The notes: generated by a model not told the origin, from the letters alone. A stretch of 32,000 nucleotides of DNA from Archaeoglobus fulgidus DSM 4304 (GCF_000008665.1 NC_000917.1:60001-92000), one strand, 5' to 3'; numbered from the stretch's first letter, positions 8,874 to 17,687 are shown. A program made the numbers and translations.

Positions 8874-11109
8874 GTCTGTCTGAAATTCTTATCAATTTAG
8901 AAAGCAAACCATAAAGTCTGTAAGCCTCATTCTCATCAGCTACATTTAAGTACGTAAAATCAAGCCTATTGGCTGAATCATGGACTTTAATCAACTCTTT
9001 CGGAACGCTCCAGACCTCCTCAATGAATTTGTTGAATTCTGGAATTAGACGGTATTCTTTGTATTCTCTCGCCCACGGTCCGTGGTGATGAGCAATTGCC
9101 AAATAGAATGCTTTGAATACACCTGCGTCATCAAATAAACTTTCTAAATAAGGTTGCAAGGCTTTTGCAGAAACAGTTGCGTGTGGGGGCAATTTTCTGA
9201 CGTCACTTTCATCTGAATGGGCTAAAGGTATTTTGCCATTCCATCCTACTTTCTCCTGCCAATTTATGTTTAATTTGCCCAGATCATGTAGTGCCGTTAT
9301 GCATTTAATAAGATTGACAAACTCATTATACTCGTACCCGAAGTAATCAGCGAAATTTTTGATAACATAGTAATAACGAGGAATTAGGTAGCAGTCGAGT
9401 ACCCATAGAGAGTTCTTTGCGTGTTCAACCCAACTCTCTTTCTCAAGTTTATAATCAGCTTGGCTTTTAATACCTTTAAGTTTCAGTTTATCGGGCTCAA
9501 AGGATTTGATTGCATTAGGAGCAGATTTGCCAAGCACAAGCCCGACTTCTGGAGAATAGCAAGCACCACTCAGAACATAAAGTTGAAATGGGGTTACATC
9601 TTCTTTACTTTTTACAAGTACTAGCGTGTATTTGCTTTCATAATCTCCAATTACCGGATTTTCTTCTAGTTTGTATGTTTTTATGCCTAACTCCGCAAGC
9701 TTCTCAACTTTACCACTTAAAACTCGCGCATCAACACGTATTCTCGGCAGTGCCAAGATTTCCTCTGGTTCTAGAGTGTCAGGATTTTCATGAAGTGTAA
9801 TATCACACGAAAAAATTTCTCTAACGTTCTGCTCCACCTTTGCCTTACTACCTTCATAAACAGCTCTTGCAAGTTCCCCAAGTCTCTGGTAGAAAAACTT
9901 CGAATCCATGAAAAACTCAAAATGACTTGAAAGTACATTGTTGACGAGTTGGAGTTCAGTTTGCCAATCTAAAGGAAAATCCCCTTTACTCCTGATTTCA
10001 GTTATTGTACTCTCGATTAGCTCTTTAAGATATGGAGCATATGGATTGCTACTGTCTCTGGCGAGCCCAAAAACGTGAAATTCTCCATTGCCACCCCACC
10101 TTGCACATCTCCCAGCCCTTTGTATCAGTGCATCAATTGGAGCAACTTCTGACAGAATTATTGGAGATGAGATATCCATTCCTACTTCTATTACTTGTGT
10201 AGAGATAAATATACACTCGCCTTTACCATTCTTACCGAATACTTTTTCAAAGGATTTCTCCTTTTCTGCCCGATCTTTTTCTAGATATCTGGAATGCAGG
10301 AGAAAAATGGGATAGTCTATTTTCTTCCTTAGATCGAGGTACAGGTTTTGTGCTCGTTCGACAGTGTTAACAACTACAACAAGTTTTCTGCAGTTCTCAG
10401 CCTCCTTTAGAACAGTATCTGCCGTTAACATTTCATCAGGTCTATTTATAAGTTCAACTTTTCGATTTCTCCTCGATTTGATTTCTGATTCATTCTTCAC
10501 GTCCATAATCTCGACTTTACCTCCATTTTTCTCTATTCTTTCCTTGACACGTTCAATGAAAACATCTGGTAGAGTAGCAGACATTATGATTGAAGGAAGG
10601 CCAAGTTTTGCAGATTGCATAGCGATTGCTGCAGCAGTTTGAAGACCTTTTTCTGGGTCAAGAGTGTGTACTTCATCAAAAACGGTCAGAGCTGATGCAA
10701 TACCACCTACAAAAATGTTTCCCCACCTTTTTGGCATGCTTAAGGGAACGCTCAAATATGCCCCAGCAGTCTGATCGATTGTTGTGACAATAATATCCTC
10801 CTCGAAAAGGCTACTTGTTGCCTTTTTGCCATGATGAATTGCTACTCTTAGTTTTTTGAATGAAGCATACTTAATAGCACGTTCGCCAATACTTTCCACT
10901 AAAGTTCTTGTCGGAAGCGAATAAATCAACTGAGGTGGTAAGTAGTCATTGAGGCCATAAATAAAAGGAATTAAAGATGCTTCAGTTTTTCCGGCACCGG
11001 TCGGCGCTCTAATAATCAGGGATTTTCCCTCCAGTAAATTATCCATTGCTTCCTTTTGATATTCGTATGGACTATGGCCTGTTAATTTGCGAAAGGCTTT
11101 AATCACCAT
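8830..11109 (-). CDS. cas3: CRISPR-associated Cas3: N-terminal superfamily 2 helicase fused to C-terminal HD nuclease
   Basis: Walker A APTGAGKTEASL, DEVH (TVFDEVHTLD), SATLPD, STQVIEVGMDIS, QRAGRCAR in the N-terminal two thirds; HDLGKLN...HATVSA...AHHHGPW HD motifs at the C-terminus. Confidence 0.93.
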   Translation of the reverse strand: MVIKAFRKLTGHSPYEYQKEAMDNLLEGKSLIIRAPTGAGKTEASLIPFIYGLNDYLPPQLIYSLPTRTLVESIGERAIKYASFKKLRVAIHHGKKATSSLFEEDIIVTTIDQTAGAYLSVPLSMPKRWGNIFVGGIASALTVFDEVHTLDPEKGLQTAAAIAMQSAKLGLPSIIMSATLPDVFIERVKERIEKNGGKVEIMDVKNESEIKSRRNRKVELINRPDEMLTADTVLKEAENCRKLVVVVNTVERAQNLYLDLRKKIDYPIFLLHSRYLEKDRAEKEKSFEKVFGKNGKGECIFISTQVIEVGMDISSPIILSEVAPIDALIQRAGRCARWGGNGEFHVFGLARDSSNPYAPYLKELIESTITEIRSKGDFPLDWQTELQLVNNVLSSHFEFFMDSKFFYQRLGELARAVYEGSKAKVEQNVREIFSCDITLHENPDTLEPEEILALPRIRVDARVLSGKVEKLAELGIKTYKLEENPVIGDYESKYTLVLVKSKEDVTPFQLYVLSGACYSPEVGLVLGKSAPNAIKSFEPDKLKLKGIKSQADYKLEKESWVEHAKNSLWVLDCYLIPRYYYVIKNFADYFGYEYNEFVNLIKCITALHDLGKLNINWQEKVGWNGKIPLAHSDESDVRKLPPHATVSAKALQPYLESLFDDAGVFKAFYLAIAHHHGPWAREYKEYRLIPEFNKFIEEVWSVPKELIKVHDSANRLDFTYLNVADENEAYRLYGLLSKLIRISDRLATGGASYESIFSA

Positions 11110-11269
11110 AAATCCCCCTGTAAATTCCCTCCATCAAATTAACAAACCCCAAAATCCCTGCATCAATAAACCAGTTACCGGTAAACCTAAGCTCATTAGA
11201 TTCGCCATATCCTGAATTGTCACATTCATTTTCTTTTCCGATGAAATCGTCAAGCGTAACTACCTTCAT
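11099..11269 (-). CDS. 56-aa ORF between cas6 and cas3, possible Cas8-type N-terminal remnant or unannotated small protein
   Basis: Manual translation: MKVVTLDDFIGKENECDNSGYGESNELRFTGNWFIDAGILGFVNLMEGIYRGIYGD*. ATG overlaps the cas6 stop (ATGA); the 3' end overlaps the cas3 start by 11 nt. Not in the supplied ORF track. Confidence 0.6.
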   Translation of the reverse strand: MKVVTLDDFIGKENECDNSGYGESNELRFTGNWFIDAGILGFVNLMEGIYRGIYGD

Positions 11270-11991
11270 ACCACCTTCACCATCCCAAACCCCATGCTGT
11301 TCTTAGAGCCAAAACCCGCCTTATAACCCACGTCAAGCAGCTCAGGACTACCTTCAGCCTTAAAAACCATTTCAACACATCTGTGAAAGGTGTCCTTAAG
11401 CCTGATGCGCTTCGCTTTAACGTTGAGAGGTTTCATGTGGAAGTCGAGGTTTTCCGGAGCGCTTTTGTAATATAGAACGTACTTCTTCACAAGATTCTGC
11501 AAGATAACCTCGTAAAACTTACTGTCTTTCGGATACAAATCAAAAATCCTCCTTCTGCCGTTCTCTCCGACTGAGGTAGATGCATATATGGGGCTGAGAG
11601 TTACGAACTTCTCCCTTCCCTTTACCTCCCTTTCTGGAAGAACAGACACCTCTGAGACGATGAAGTCAACACCGCAGATTCTTATCTCGGGCTTTGAGAG
11701 CAAACCCTCAACAAGACTGGCGGCAACCTCATTTCTGAGAGTGGAGAAGAAAAAGTAAGCCTCCTCGCAATCCGACACCATCTTTTCTCCCTCTATCCTG
11801 AACTTCCTCTTTGGAATGAAGAGCTTGCTGAAGGTGAAGAATTTCGGGACATCTGGCTTGTGCAGCTCAATGGAAAGCGAGGGGTCAGCCCTTTCAATAG
11901 CCCTGTAAATCGCCGAAGCGAGGTGATAAGAGTGGTTCAAGTCAATCTCGAAGCTGTCTGCAGGTGACAGGAGGGAGATTTTCAAACGCAT
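11266..11991 (-). CDS. cas6: CRISPR-associated endoribonuclease Cas6
   Basis: 241 aa ending in the glycine-rich loop DVGYKAGFGSKNSMGFGMVKVV; first gene of the minus-strand cas operon. Confidence 0.88.
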   Translation of the reverse strand: MRLKISLLSPADSFEIDLNHSYHLASAIYRAIERADPSLSIELHKPDVPKFFTFSKLFIPKRKFRIEGEKMVSDCEEAYFFFSTLRNEVAASLVEGLLSKPEIRICGVDFIVSEVSVLPEREVKGREKFVTLSPIYASTSVGENGRRRIFDLYPKDSKFYEVILQNLVKKYVLYYKSAPENLDFHMKPLNVKAKRIRLKDTFHRCVEMVFKAEGSPELLDVGYKAGFGSKNSMGFGMVKVV

Positions 11992-12012
11992 TGAGCAAAG
12001 TTACACCTTGTC

Positions 12013-12022
12013 AAATATAAGG
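12013..12022 (-). promoter_or_regulatory. Putative archaeal TATA box for the cas operon
   Basis: Minus-strand CCTTATATTT centred about 26 nt upstream of the cas6 ATG (11991), implying a leaderless or near-leaderless transcript. Confidence 0.5.
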
Positions 12023-12579
12023 TTTTTGCTTGCTGTCAGAGTTGTGAATGAAAACCACCGGCGGTGGTGTATCTGAAAAGAGGTCGCGACCCCTATCTAC
12101 TAAGGTATTTCCAGCTCCTATACACGTCGTCATGTCTTATGCGGATTGTCAAACCTGTGTCAAACCTCCTTAATTTCCTTAGTTGGTGCCGTATTTCCAC
12201 AATCACGCTCATCCTGCGCAGTTTCAACCCAGACCGGGACTAGTTGTTCGAGGAGGACCGGACAACACCTTAAAGAGTACAAGAGCCTCCAAAGAGGCCA
12301 TCAAAGAAGCTCTATTATTATCGACGACATTAAAAACATTAACGTTCAGGTTGCCTAGCTCATGGAAGAAGTCCTGGCGACTCACCCAGGGCTGATAGAT
12401 TACATCATGCCCACAACACAGGAAGCCTTAACCTCCAGTCCTATGACTGAAAAACTTCTCTCTGAGATCTATGAGCAATATATGCAGCCTAGGAAAGAGG
12501 TCAACCTATGCCAGGCAATGTAAAACTTGAAAAGCTAATAAGTCACCTGCAAAAGATTAAAGAGTGATGAAGTGAAACA

Positions 12580-12780
12580 ATGTCCTATGCAAGAGGTGAA
12601 AAAATTGATGGGGTAATCTTCCTAGTGGAAGAAACAGATGACGGCTACACTGCAAGAGCTCTTGGCCACTCAATTTTCACCCAGGCTGGCTCTCTTGAGG
12701 AACTGAAAGAAATGGTTAAAGATGCTGTAGAGTGTCATTTTGAGGAAGGAGAAAGGCCAAAATTATCAGACTTCACATAG
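12580..12780 (+). CDS. hicB: HicB-like antitoxin
   Basis: FLVEETDDGYTARALGHSIFTQAGSLEELKEMVKDAVECHFEEGERP, typical HicB/UPF0150 partial RNase H-like fold sequence; followed by a HicA-like frame. Confidence 0.72.
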   Translation: MSYARGEKIDGVIFLVEETDDGYTARALGHSIFTQAGSLEELKEMVKDAVECHFEEGERPKLSDFT

Positions 12781-12802
12781 TGAGGCAAGAGGTCTTAACC
12801 CT

Positions 12803-13038
12803 ATGAAACTTCCCAGAGATATTGCGGCGAAGAACTCGCCAAGTTACTGAGAAAGTACGGCTATGAAGTTACCGGCAGTCATATGAGACTCACAACCCAT
12901 CGGGGAGGAGAACACCACATAACGATTCCAAGACAGGGATCTTTGAAACCTGGAACTCTTAACTCAATTTTGAAGGATGTCGCAGAACACCTTGGAGTTG
13001 ATAAAAGAGAGCTAATAGAGAAGCTTTTTGGAAGGTGA
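12803..13038 (+). pseudogene. hicA: HicA-like mRNA interferase, frameshifted near its start
   Basis: MKLPRDI then (shift at about 12821-12829) GGEELAKLLRKYGYEVTGSHMRLTTHRGGEHHITIPRQGSLKPGTLNSILKDVAEHLGVDKRELIEKLFGR*. Length 236 nt equals 3n+2, consistent with one missing base. Confidence 0.78.
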
Positions 13039-13267
13039 TTGTTGGCTTTAAATCTTCTGAATGTCTATTTGGATGTCTATCTCCGCGCGTCTCGTATCTC
13101 TTGAGTAGTTCGCGCCGGGAAAATTACCAACCATAACGAGTAAGCTGCCTTAATCGATTTCTCCTCTCTTCGATTTTTAATTTTGTATTACAAAAAAGTA
13201 AATACTCATAAAGCTCATACCTAAGCAATCCCAATCTTGGAAAAGCCCAATTAACCCACCTTAAAAA

Positions 13268-13342
13268 TGGGCCCGCGGGGGTTCGAACCCCGGACCTCTC
13301 GCTTATCAGGCGAGCGCTCTAACCAGGCTGAGCCACGGGCCC
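13268..13342 (-). tRNA. tRNA-Ile (anticodon GAU)
   Basis: GGGCCCGTGGCTCAGCCTGGTTAGAGCGCTCGCCTGATAAGCGAGAGGTCCGGGGTTCGAACCCCCGCGGGCCCA folds as a cloverleaf; anticodon loop CTGATAA. Confidence 0.95.
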
Positions 13343-13395
13343 TCAGTCAGCTTGAGGAAAAAAGGGTTTATTAAGATTATGGTGTTGTATCTCTC

Positions 13396-14295
13396 ATGCG
13401 CATTTCAAGGGAATCCACAGACTACAGAGTTTACAGGATTCTATCTGAGAACCCTCTTTCCGGAGAAAAGCTGGCTAAGAAGTTGGGAATCTCGAGGACC
13501 GCTGTATGGAAGGCTGTGCAAAAGCTAAAGGAGTGCGGAGTTTATGTTGAGTCAAATGCGAGCGGCTACACCATAGCTGGAGAAGAGGAGCTCAATCCGT
13601 ATGAGGTGGCGAGATTGGCCTTTGAAAGCGGTTTTAAGGAGGTTCACTTCTACGATGTTACCGATTCCACCAACAGCAGGGCCAAGGAGTACGGCAAACC
13701 AGATGCGCTTTTCTTCGCTAACAGGCAAACGGCCGGAAGGGGGAGGCACGGAAGGAAGTGGCTCAGCGAGGAGGGCGGGCTGTATTTCTCGGTAACGCTC
13801 TCACCACCCCTCGACTACTCTGAGTTGCCAAAGCTCACGCTGATAGCGGGGCTGAGCGTCGCTGAGGCGATTCCTCAATCGGAGATAAAGTGGCCGAACG
13901 ATGTTCTGATTAAGGGCAGAAAGGTTTGCGGAATTCTTTCCGAACTGCACGGGGAGGTTGAAAGACCGCTCGTTATAGTTGGAGTTGGAATCAACGTGAA
14001 AAATCCTCATCCTGAAAACGGTATTTCACTCTCCGAGCTGTACGATGTTTCCAGAAGGGAGGTTTTTGAGCAAGTCATCAGAAATTTCTCGAAAAACTAC
14101 AGAATGCTGCTGGACGGTAGGTGGTGTGAGCTCAGAAGGAGAATCGAAAGGAGGTGCTCCTCGGTAGGAAAGGCTGTGAGAGTGACAACTCCTTCGGGAG
14201 TTGCGGAGGGAATTGCGGAGGCAATCTCCGAAGACGGCTCGCTTGTAGTAAGCGGCAAAAAAATCTACGCCGGAGACTGCATTCATCTCAGATGA
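13396..14295 (+). CDS. birA: Bifunctional biotin-protein ligase with N-terminal HTH
   Basis: N-terminal HTH (SGEKLAKKLGISRTAVWKAVQKLKECG) and ligase motifs DSTNSRAKEYG, GRGRHGRKWLSEEGGLYFSV, KWPNDVLI..KVCGIL.E, VGVGINV. Confidence 0.93.
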   Translation: MRISRESTDYRVYRILSENPLSGEKLAKKLGISRTAVWKAVQKLKECGVYVESNASGYTIAGEEELNPYEVARLAFESGFKEVHFYDVTDSTNSRAKEYGKPDALFFANRQTAGRGRHGRKWLSEEGGLYFSVTLSPPLDYSELPKLTLIAGLSVAEAIPQSEIKWPNDVLIKGRKVCGILSELHGEVERPLVIVGVGINVKNPHPENGISLSELYDVSRREVFEQVIRNFSKNYRMLLDGRWCELRRRIERRCSSVGKAVRVTTPSGVAEGIAEAISEDGSLVVSGKKIYAGDCIHLR

Positions 14296-14321
14296 AAAAT
14301 TTTTAGTATATCCTTTTACCA

Positions 14322-15563
14322 ATGTCTAACATGGAGGAATTTCTTCATCAGGAGTTTTTCGAGTGGGTTGAGAGGGCTGCCAACTACATAAGAAGCTATG
14401 CCGGGGGCGGGGTTACAGTTGTTCACCACAACGATGCTGACGGTCTTTGCTCCGGGGCGCTTTTGAAAAAGCTCTGCGAGTACTGCGGTTTTGAGGCGGA
14501 GCTGATTTGCATTGAGAAGGTCTACCCTGCGGTTGTGGAGAAGATTCACTCTTCAAGGGATGGCATGATCATCTACACTGACTTGGGCGGGTTAGCTGCT
14601 GACATGATTGATAAAATAAACGCCGGAAAGAGCATGGTTCTGATAATCGACCACCATCCTGCGAAGGATATCGACAGTGACTACGTTCACGTTCTCGATC
14701 CGGAGCTTGCGGGGATTTCGGGAGATGTCTTCGTTTCGGCATCGAGTCTCAACTACATATTTTTCAGGGCTGTTGCTGGGGAAGAGGCTAAAAAGTACGC
14801 TTACATAGCCGTTCTCGGGAGTGTTGGGGACTACCATGACAGGAGCGGGGGTGTGCTGGGATTCGACAGATTTGCACTCGAAGAGGCGATTGATGAGGGG
14901 CAGGTGAAGGTGAGGTTTGAGGGAGCGAAGGAGAGGTACTTCATTAAGCAATTCGGAGAGTATGCTGACGTCATCGCCCCGAGGCTAACAACTCTTGGGG
15001 CAGTGGGCTACGAGGAGAGAGCCTACCAGCTTGGAATCAGAGCGTGCTTTGAGGGATTTGATGAGAAAACTCTTGAAAAGGTTGAGCAGCTTGAGAAGCT
15101 TAAAAAAGAGAAGTTTGAGCAGATGATGGAGAGGCTGAGGAACGGTGAATTGAAGATTGGAGAGTACGTGCAGTGGTTCCACGTCGGCGACTTCTTCTAC
15201 CCTATGGGCGTAAAGATGGTCGGAGAGTTCTGCCAGCTCATAAAGGACATGACGTTTCTGAAGGATAACCTCTACCTAATAGGTTTTCAGAACCAGCCGA
15301 AGTCCATTCCAGACCTCGGTGAGATTGGGTGGGATGCCGTAAAGGTGAGCGCAAGAGCTCCTACGCCTCTGGAAAGAATGATTTTGAGAGGCAAAATGCC
15401 CGGCCTCGATTATCTGATACCGAAAGCCAGCGAGGCTGTTGGCGGCTTTGCGGACGCAACCCACAGAATCGCGGCTGCGACGGTCATAGACAGGGGAAAG
15501 GAGGAGGAGTTTATCGAGGCATTTGAAGGGCTGGTGAAGGAGTATGAAGCGTCTCGTGGTTGA
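14322..15563 (+). CDS. RecJ-like DHH phosphoesterase
   Basis: VTVVHHNDADGLCSGALLKKL, IIYTDLGG, VLIIDHHPAKDI; DHH/DHHA1-type architecture. Confidence 0.85.
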   Translation: MSNMEEFLHQEFFEWVERAANYIRSYAGGGVTVVHHNDADGLCSGALLKKLCEYCGFEAELICIEKVYPAVVEKIHSSRDGMIIYTDLGGLAADMIDKINAGKSMVLIIDHHPAKDIDSDYVHVLDPELAGISGDVFVSASSLNYIFFRAVAGEEAKKYAYIAVLGSVGDYHDRSGGVLGFDRFALEEAIDEGQVKVRFEGAKERYFIKQFGEYADVIAPRLTTLGAVGYEERAYQLGIRACFEGFDEKTLEKVEQLEKLKKEKFEQMMERLRNGELKIGEYVQWFHVGDFFYPMGVKMVGEFCQLIKDMTFLKDNLYLIGFQNQPKSIPDLGEIGWDAVKVSARAPTPLERMILRGKMPGLDYLIPKASEAVGGFADATHRIAAATVIDRGKEEEFIEAFEGLVKEYEASRG

Positions 15564-15954
15564 GGACATAGAGAAATGCGTTGGGTGCGGGCTTTGCATG
15601 TTCGCATGCTCGAGAAAGTTTGCAAAGAGGCCGGAAATAGGTAACAGCAGTTCTGCAATCCTTCCTGTCAGCCTGAGCGGTTTTGAGAGGGGCGCGACAA
15701 TCATATTCTGTAGAGCCTGTGAGGAGCCACCGTGTGTGCAGGTTTGCCCAACCGGAGCCCTGAAGCCAAAGAAAGGGGGCGGAGTGATTTACTTGGAGAA
15801 CCTCTGCCTTGGATGCCACTACTGCGTTGAAGCCTGCACACTCAACGCCATCTTTGTGAGGGAAGATGGAAAAATAGCCGTCTGCATCCACTGCGGCTAC
15901 TGCGCCAGCTACTGCCCGCACGAAGTTATAGCCTATAAAGAGGTGGAAGCATGA
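15544..15954 (+). CDS. 4Fe-4S ferredoxin-type electron carrier, AOR-associated
   Basis: Multiple CxxCxxCxxxC motifs (CVGCGLCMFACS, CRACEEPPCVQVCP, CLGCHYCVEAC, CIHCGYCASYCP); 4-nt overlap with aor. Confidence 0.9.
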   Translation: MKRLVVEDIEKCVGCGLCMFACSRKFAKRPEIGNSSSAILPVSLSGFERGATIIFCRACEEPPCVQVCPTGALKPKKGGGVIYLENLCLGCHYCVEACTLNAIFVREDGKIAVCIHCGYCASYCPHEVIAYKEVEA

Positions 15955-17687
15955 GGGATGTTGTTCTCGTTATAGACCTCAACAACTACACCTACGAAGT
16001 AGAGCATCGCCCTGAGCTTTTCGAGAAATGGCTTGGTGGAACGGGTGTGGCGGTTCAGCTTATGAGAGAGCACATGGATCCGAAAGCAGACCCGCTCTCT
16101 CCCGAAAACGTCATAGTCTTCGCCACCGGACCCCTAACCCCGGCCTACCCACTCGCATCTAAAACAGTTGCGATGTTCAAAAGCCCCCTCACCGGCAATC
16201 TGGGCGAGAGCCACGCCGGAGGGAGAACTGCTGTATCGATAGCTGCTGCAGGTTACGGTGCAATCGTGATAAAGGGAGCAAGCAAAAAGCCCGTATATCT
16301 GGTAGTTGAGCCTGGAAAGGTTCACTTCAGGGATGGTAGAGTCCTCTGGGGCATTCCTGACTCGCTTATTGTTGGAAGGATACTGGCAGAAAATGAGTCG
16401 GGCAGGGGAACGAGGACGATGATGAGGATTGGCGGTGCTGGAGAGAGGCTTGTCAGATACTCCTGCGTCACAACTGAGACGTACAGACACTTCGGAAGGC
16501 TCGGACTCGGAGCGGTTTTTGGTAGCAAGAAGCTCAAAGCTCTGATTGTCAGAGGGAGAAAGAAGTACCTGCCGGCTGACGGCAAAAAATACAGGGAAGT
16601 TTACGACGAAATATACAGGATGGCGATTGAGTCGGACGCGATGAAAAAGTATCATCTTCTCGGCACCGCAGCCAACGTAATACCCCTGAACGAGCTAAAC
16701 GCCCTTCCAACAAAGAACCTCAAAGCTGCGAGGTTTGAGAAGGCTGAGGAAATAAGCGGAGAGGCTCTGGCGGAGCACAACCTCGGAAGGAGGATAGCCT
16801 GCAGCCATTGCCCGGTTGCGTGTATTCATCTTGCCGCATTGAGGCTGCCCTACGAGAACGAGCCTTACTTCTTCCGGACCATAATGATTTCCTACGACTA
16901 CGAGCTAATTTACTCCCTCGGCTCCATGCTCGGAATTGGGAGGAGAGACGATTTGCTGAGGCTCATACACAGGGTTGAAACCTATGGCCTGGATGCTATG
17001 AGCACAGGAGTGTGCTTGGCGTGGGCGACCGAAGCGCTGGAGAGGGGAATTATCACCGAGAGAGAGACGCTCGTAAAGCTGAATTTCGGAGATGTTGAAA
17101 GCTACCTGAAAGCGATCGACTACATTTACGAGCAGCCGACGGAGTTCTACAAACACCTCGCTATGGGCGTTCAGCACGCCTCGGAGATTTACGGAGGGAG
17201 GGAATTCGCCCTAGCCTTTGGCGGCAATGAGATGCCGGGCTACCACACAGGCTATGCAGCGGTGCTCGGCTACCTGACGGGGATGAGACACTCCCATCTC
17301 GACTCTGCAGGCTACAGCCTTGATCAAAAGGTAAAGGACCTATCGCCAGAAGAGGTTATCAACAGGCTGATCGAGGAGGAGAGTTGGAGGCAGGTTTTAT
17401 CTAGCTTAGTTGTGTGCTTCTTCGCGAGGGGAATCTACACACCCGAAGTAATTTCCAGAGCTTTTGAACCGCTTGGCTATTCAATCTCACCTGATGAGCT
17501 CAAGAACCTTGGCACCGAAATTTACAGGGAAAAGGCGAGGCTGAAGGTCGCCATGGGCTTCAATCCCAAGAAGCTTTCCGTCCCTAAGAGGATATTTGAG
17601 ACTCCCTCACTTCACGGAAAGCTGAGCGAGGAGTTTATGGCGAGAGCCCTTGACTACTACCGAAAAAGGCTTGAAGAAATGCTCTAA
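15951..17687 (+). CDS. aor: Tungsten-containing aldehyde ferredoxin oxidoreductase
   Basis: LVIDLNNYTYEVEHRPELFEKWLGGTGVAVQLM, GNLGESHAGG, RLGLGAVFGSKKLKALIVRG, CSHCPVACIH...C near C-terminus. Confidence 0.92.
   Translation: MRDVVLVIDLNNYTYEVEHRPELFEKWLGGTGVAVQLMREHMDPKADPLSPENVIVFATGPLTPAYPLASKTVAMFKSPLTGNLGESHAGGRTAVSIAAAGYGAIVIKGASKKPVYLVVEPGKVHFRDGRVLWGIPDSLIVGRILAENESGRGTRTMMRIGGAGERLVRYSCVTTETYRHFGRLGLGAVFGSKKLKALIVRGRKKYLPADGKKYREVYDEIYRMAIESDAMKKYHLLGTAANVIPLNELNALPTKNLKAARFEKAEEISGEALAEHNLGRRIACSHCPVACIHLAALRLPYENEPYFFRTIMISYDYELIYSLGSMLGIGRRDDLLRLIHRVETYGLDAMSTGVCLAWATEALERGIITERETLVKLNFGDVESYLKAIDYIYEQPTEFYKHLAMGVQHASEIYGGREFALAFGGNEMPGYHTGYAAVLGYLTGMRHSHLDSAGYSLDQKVKDLSPEEVINRLIEEESWRQVLSSLVVCFFARGIYTPEVISRAFEPLGYSISPDELKNLGTEIYREKARLKVAMGFNPKKLSVPKRIFETPSLHGKLSEEFMARALDYYRKRLEEML

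Noticed and set aside
12146-12395. ORFs 12146..12358 and 12183..12395 (+)
   Set aside because: Mutually overlapping frames without recognisable motifs or a credible neighbour arrangement; kept only as part of the unexplained upstream region.
5716-13300. Possible CRISPR array next to the cas genes
   Set aside because: I saw no regularly spaced 24-40 bp repeats in the flanks of the operon, and no copy of the A. fulgidus-type repeats I recall, so no array is called.
14592-15921. Several minus-strand ORFs of 65-142 aa opposite the RecJ-like and ferredoxin genes
   Set aside because: Shadow ORFs antisense to well-supported genes; no domain signal.
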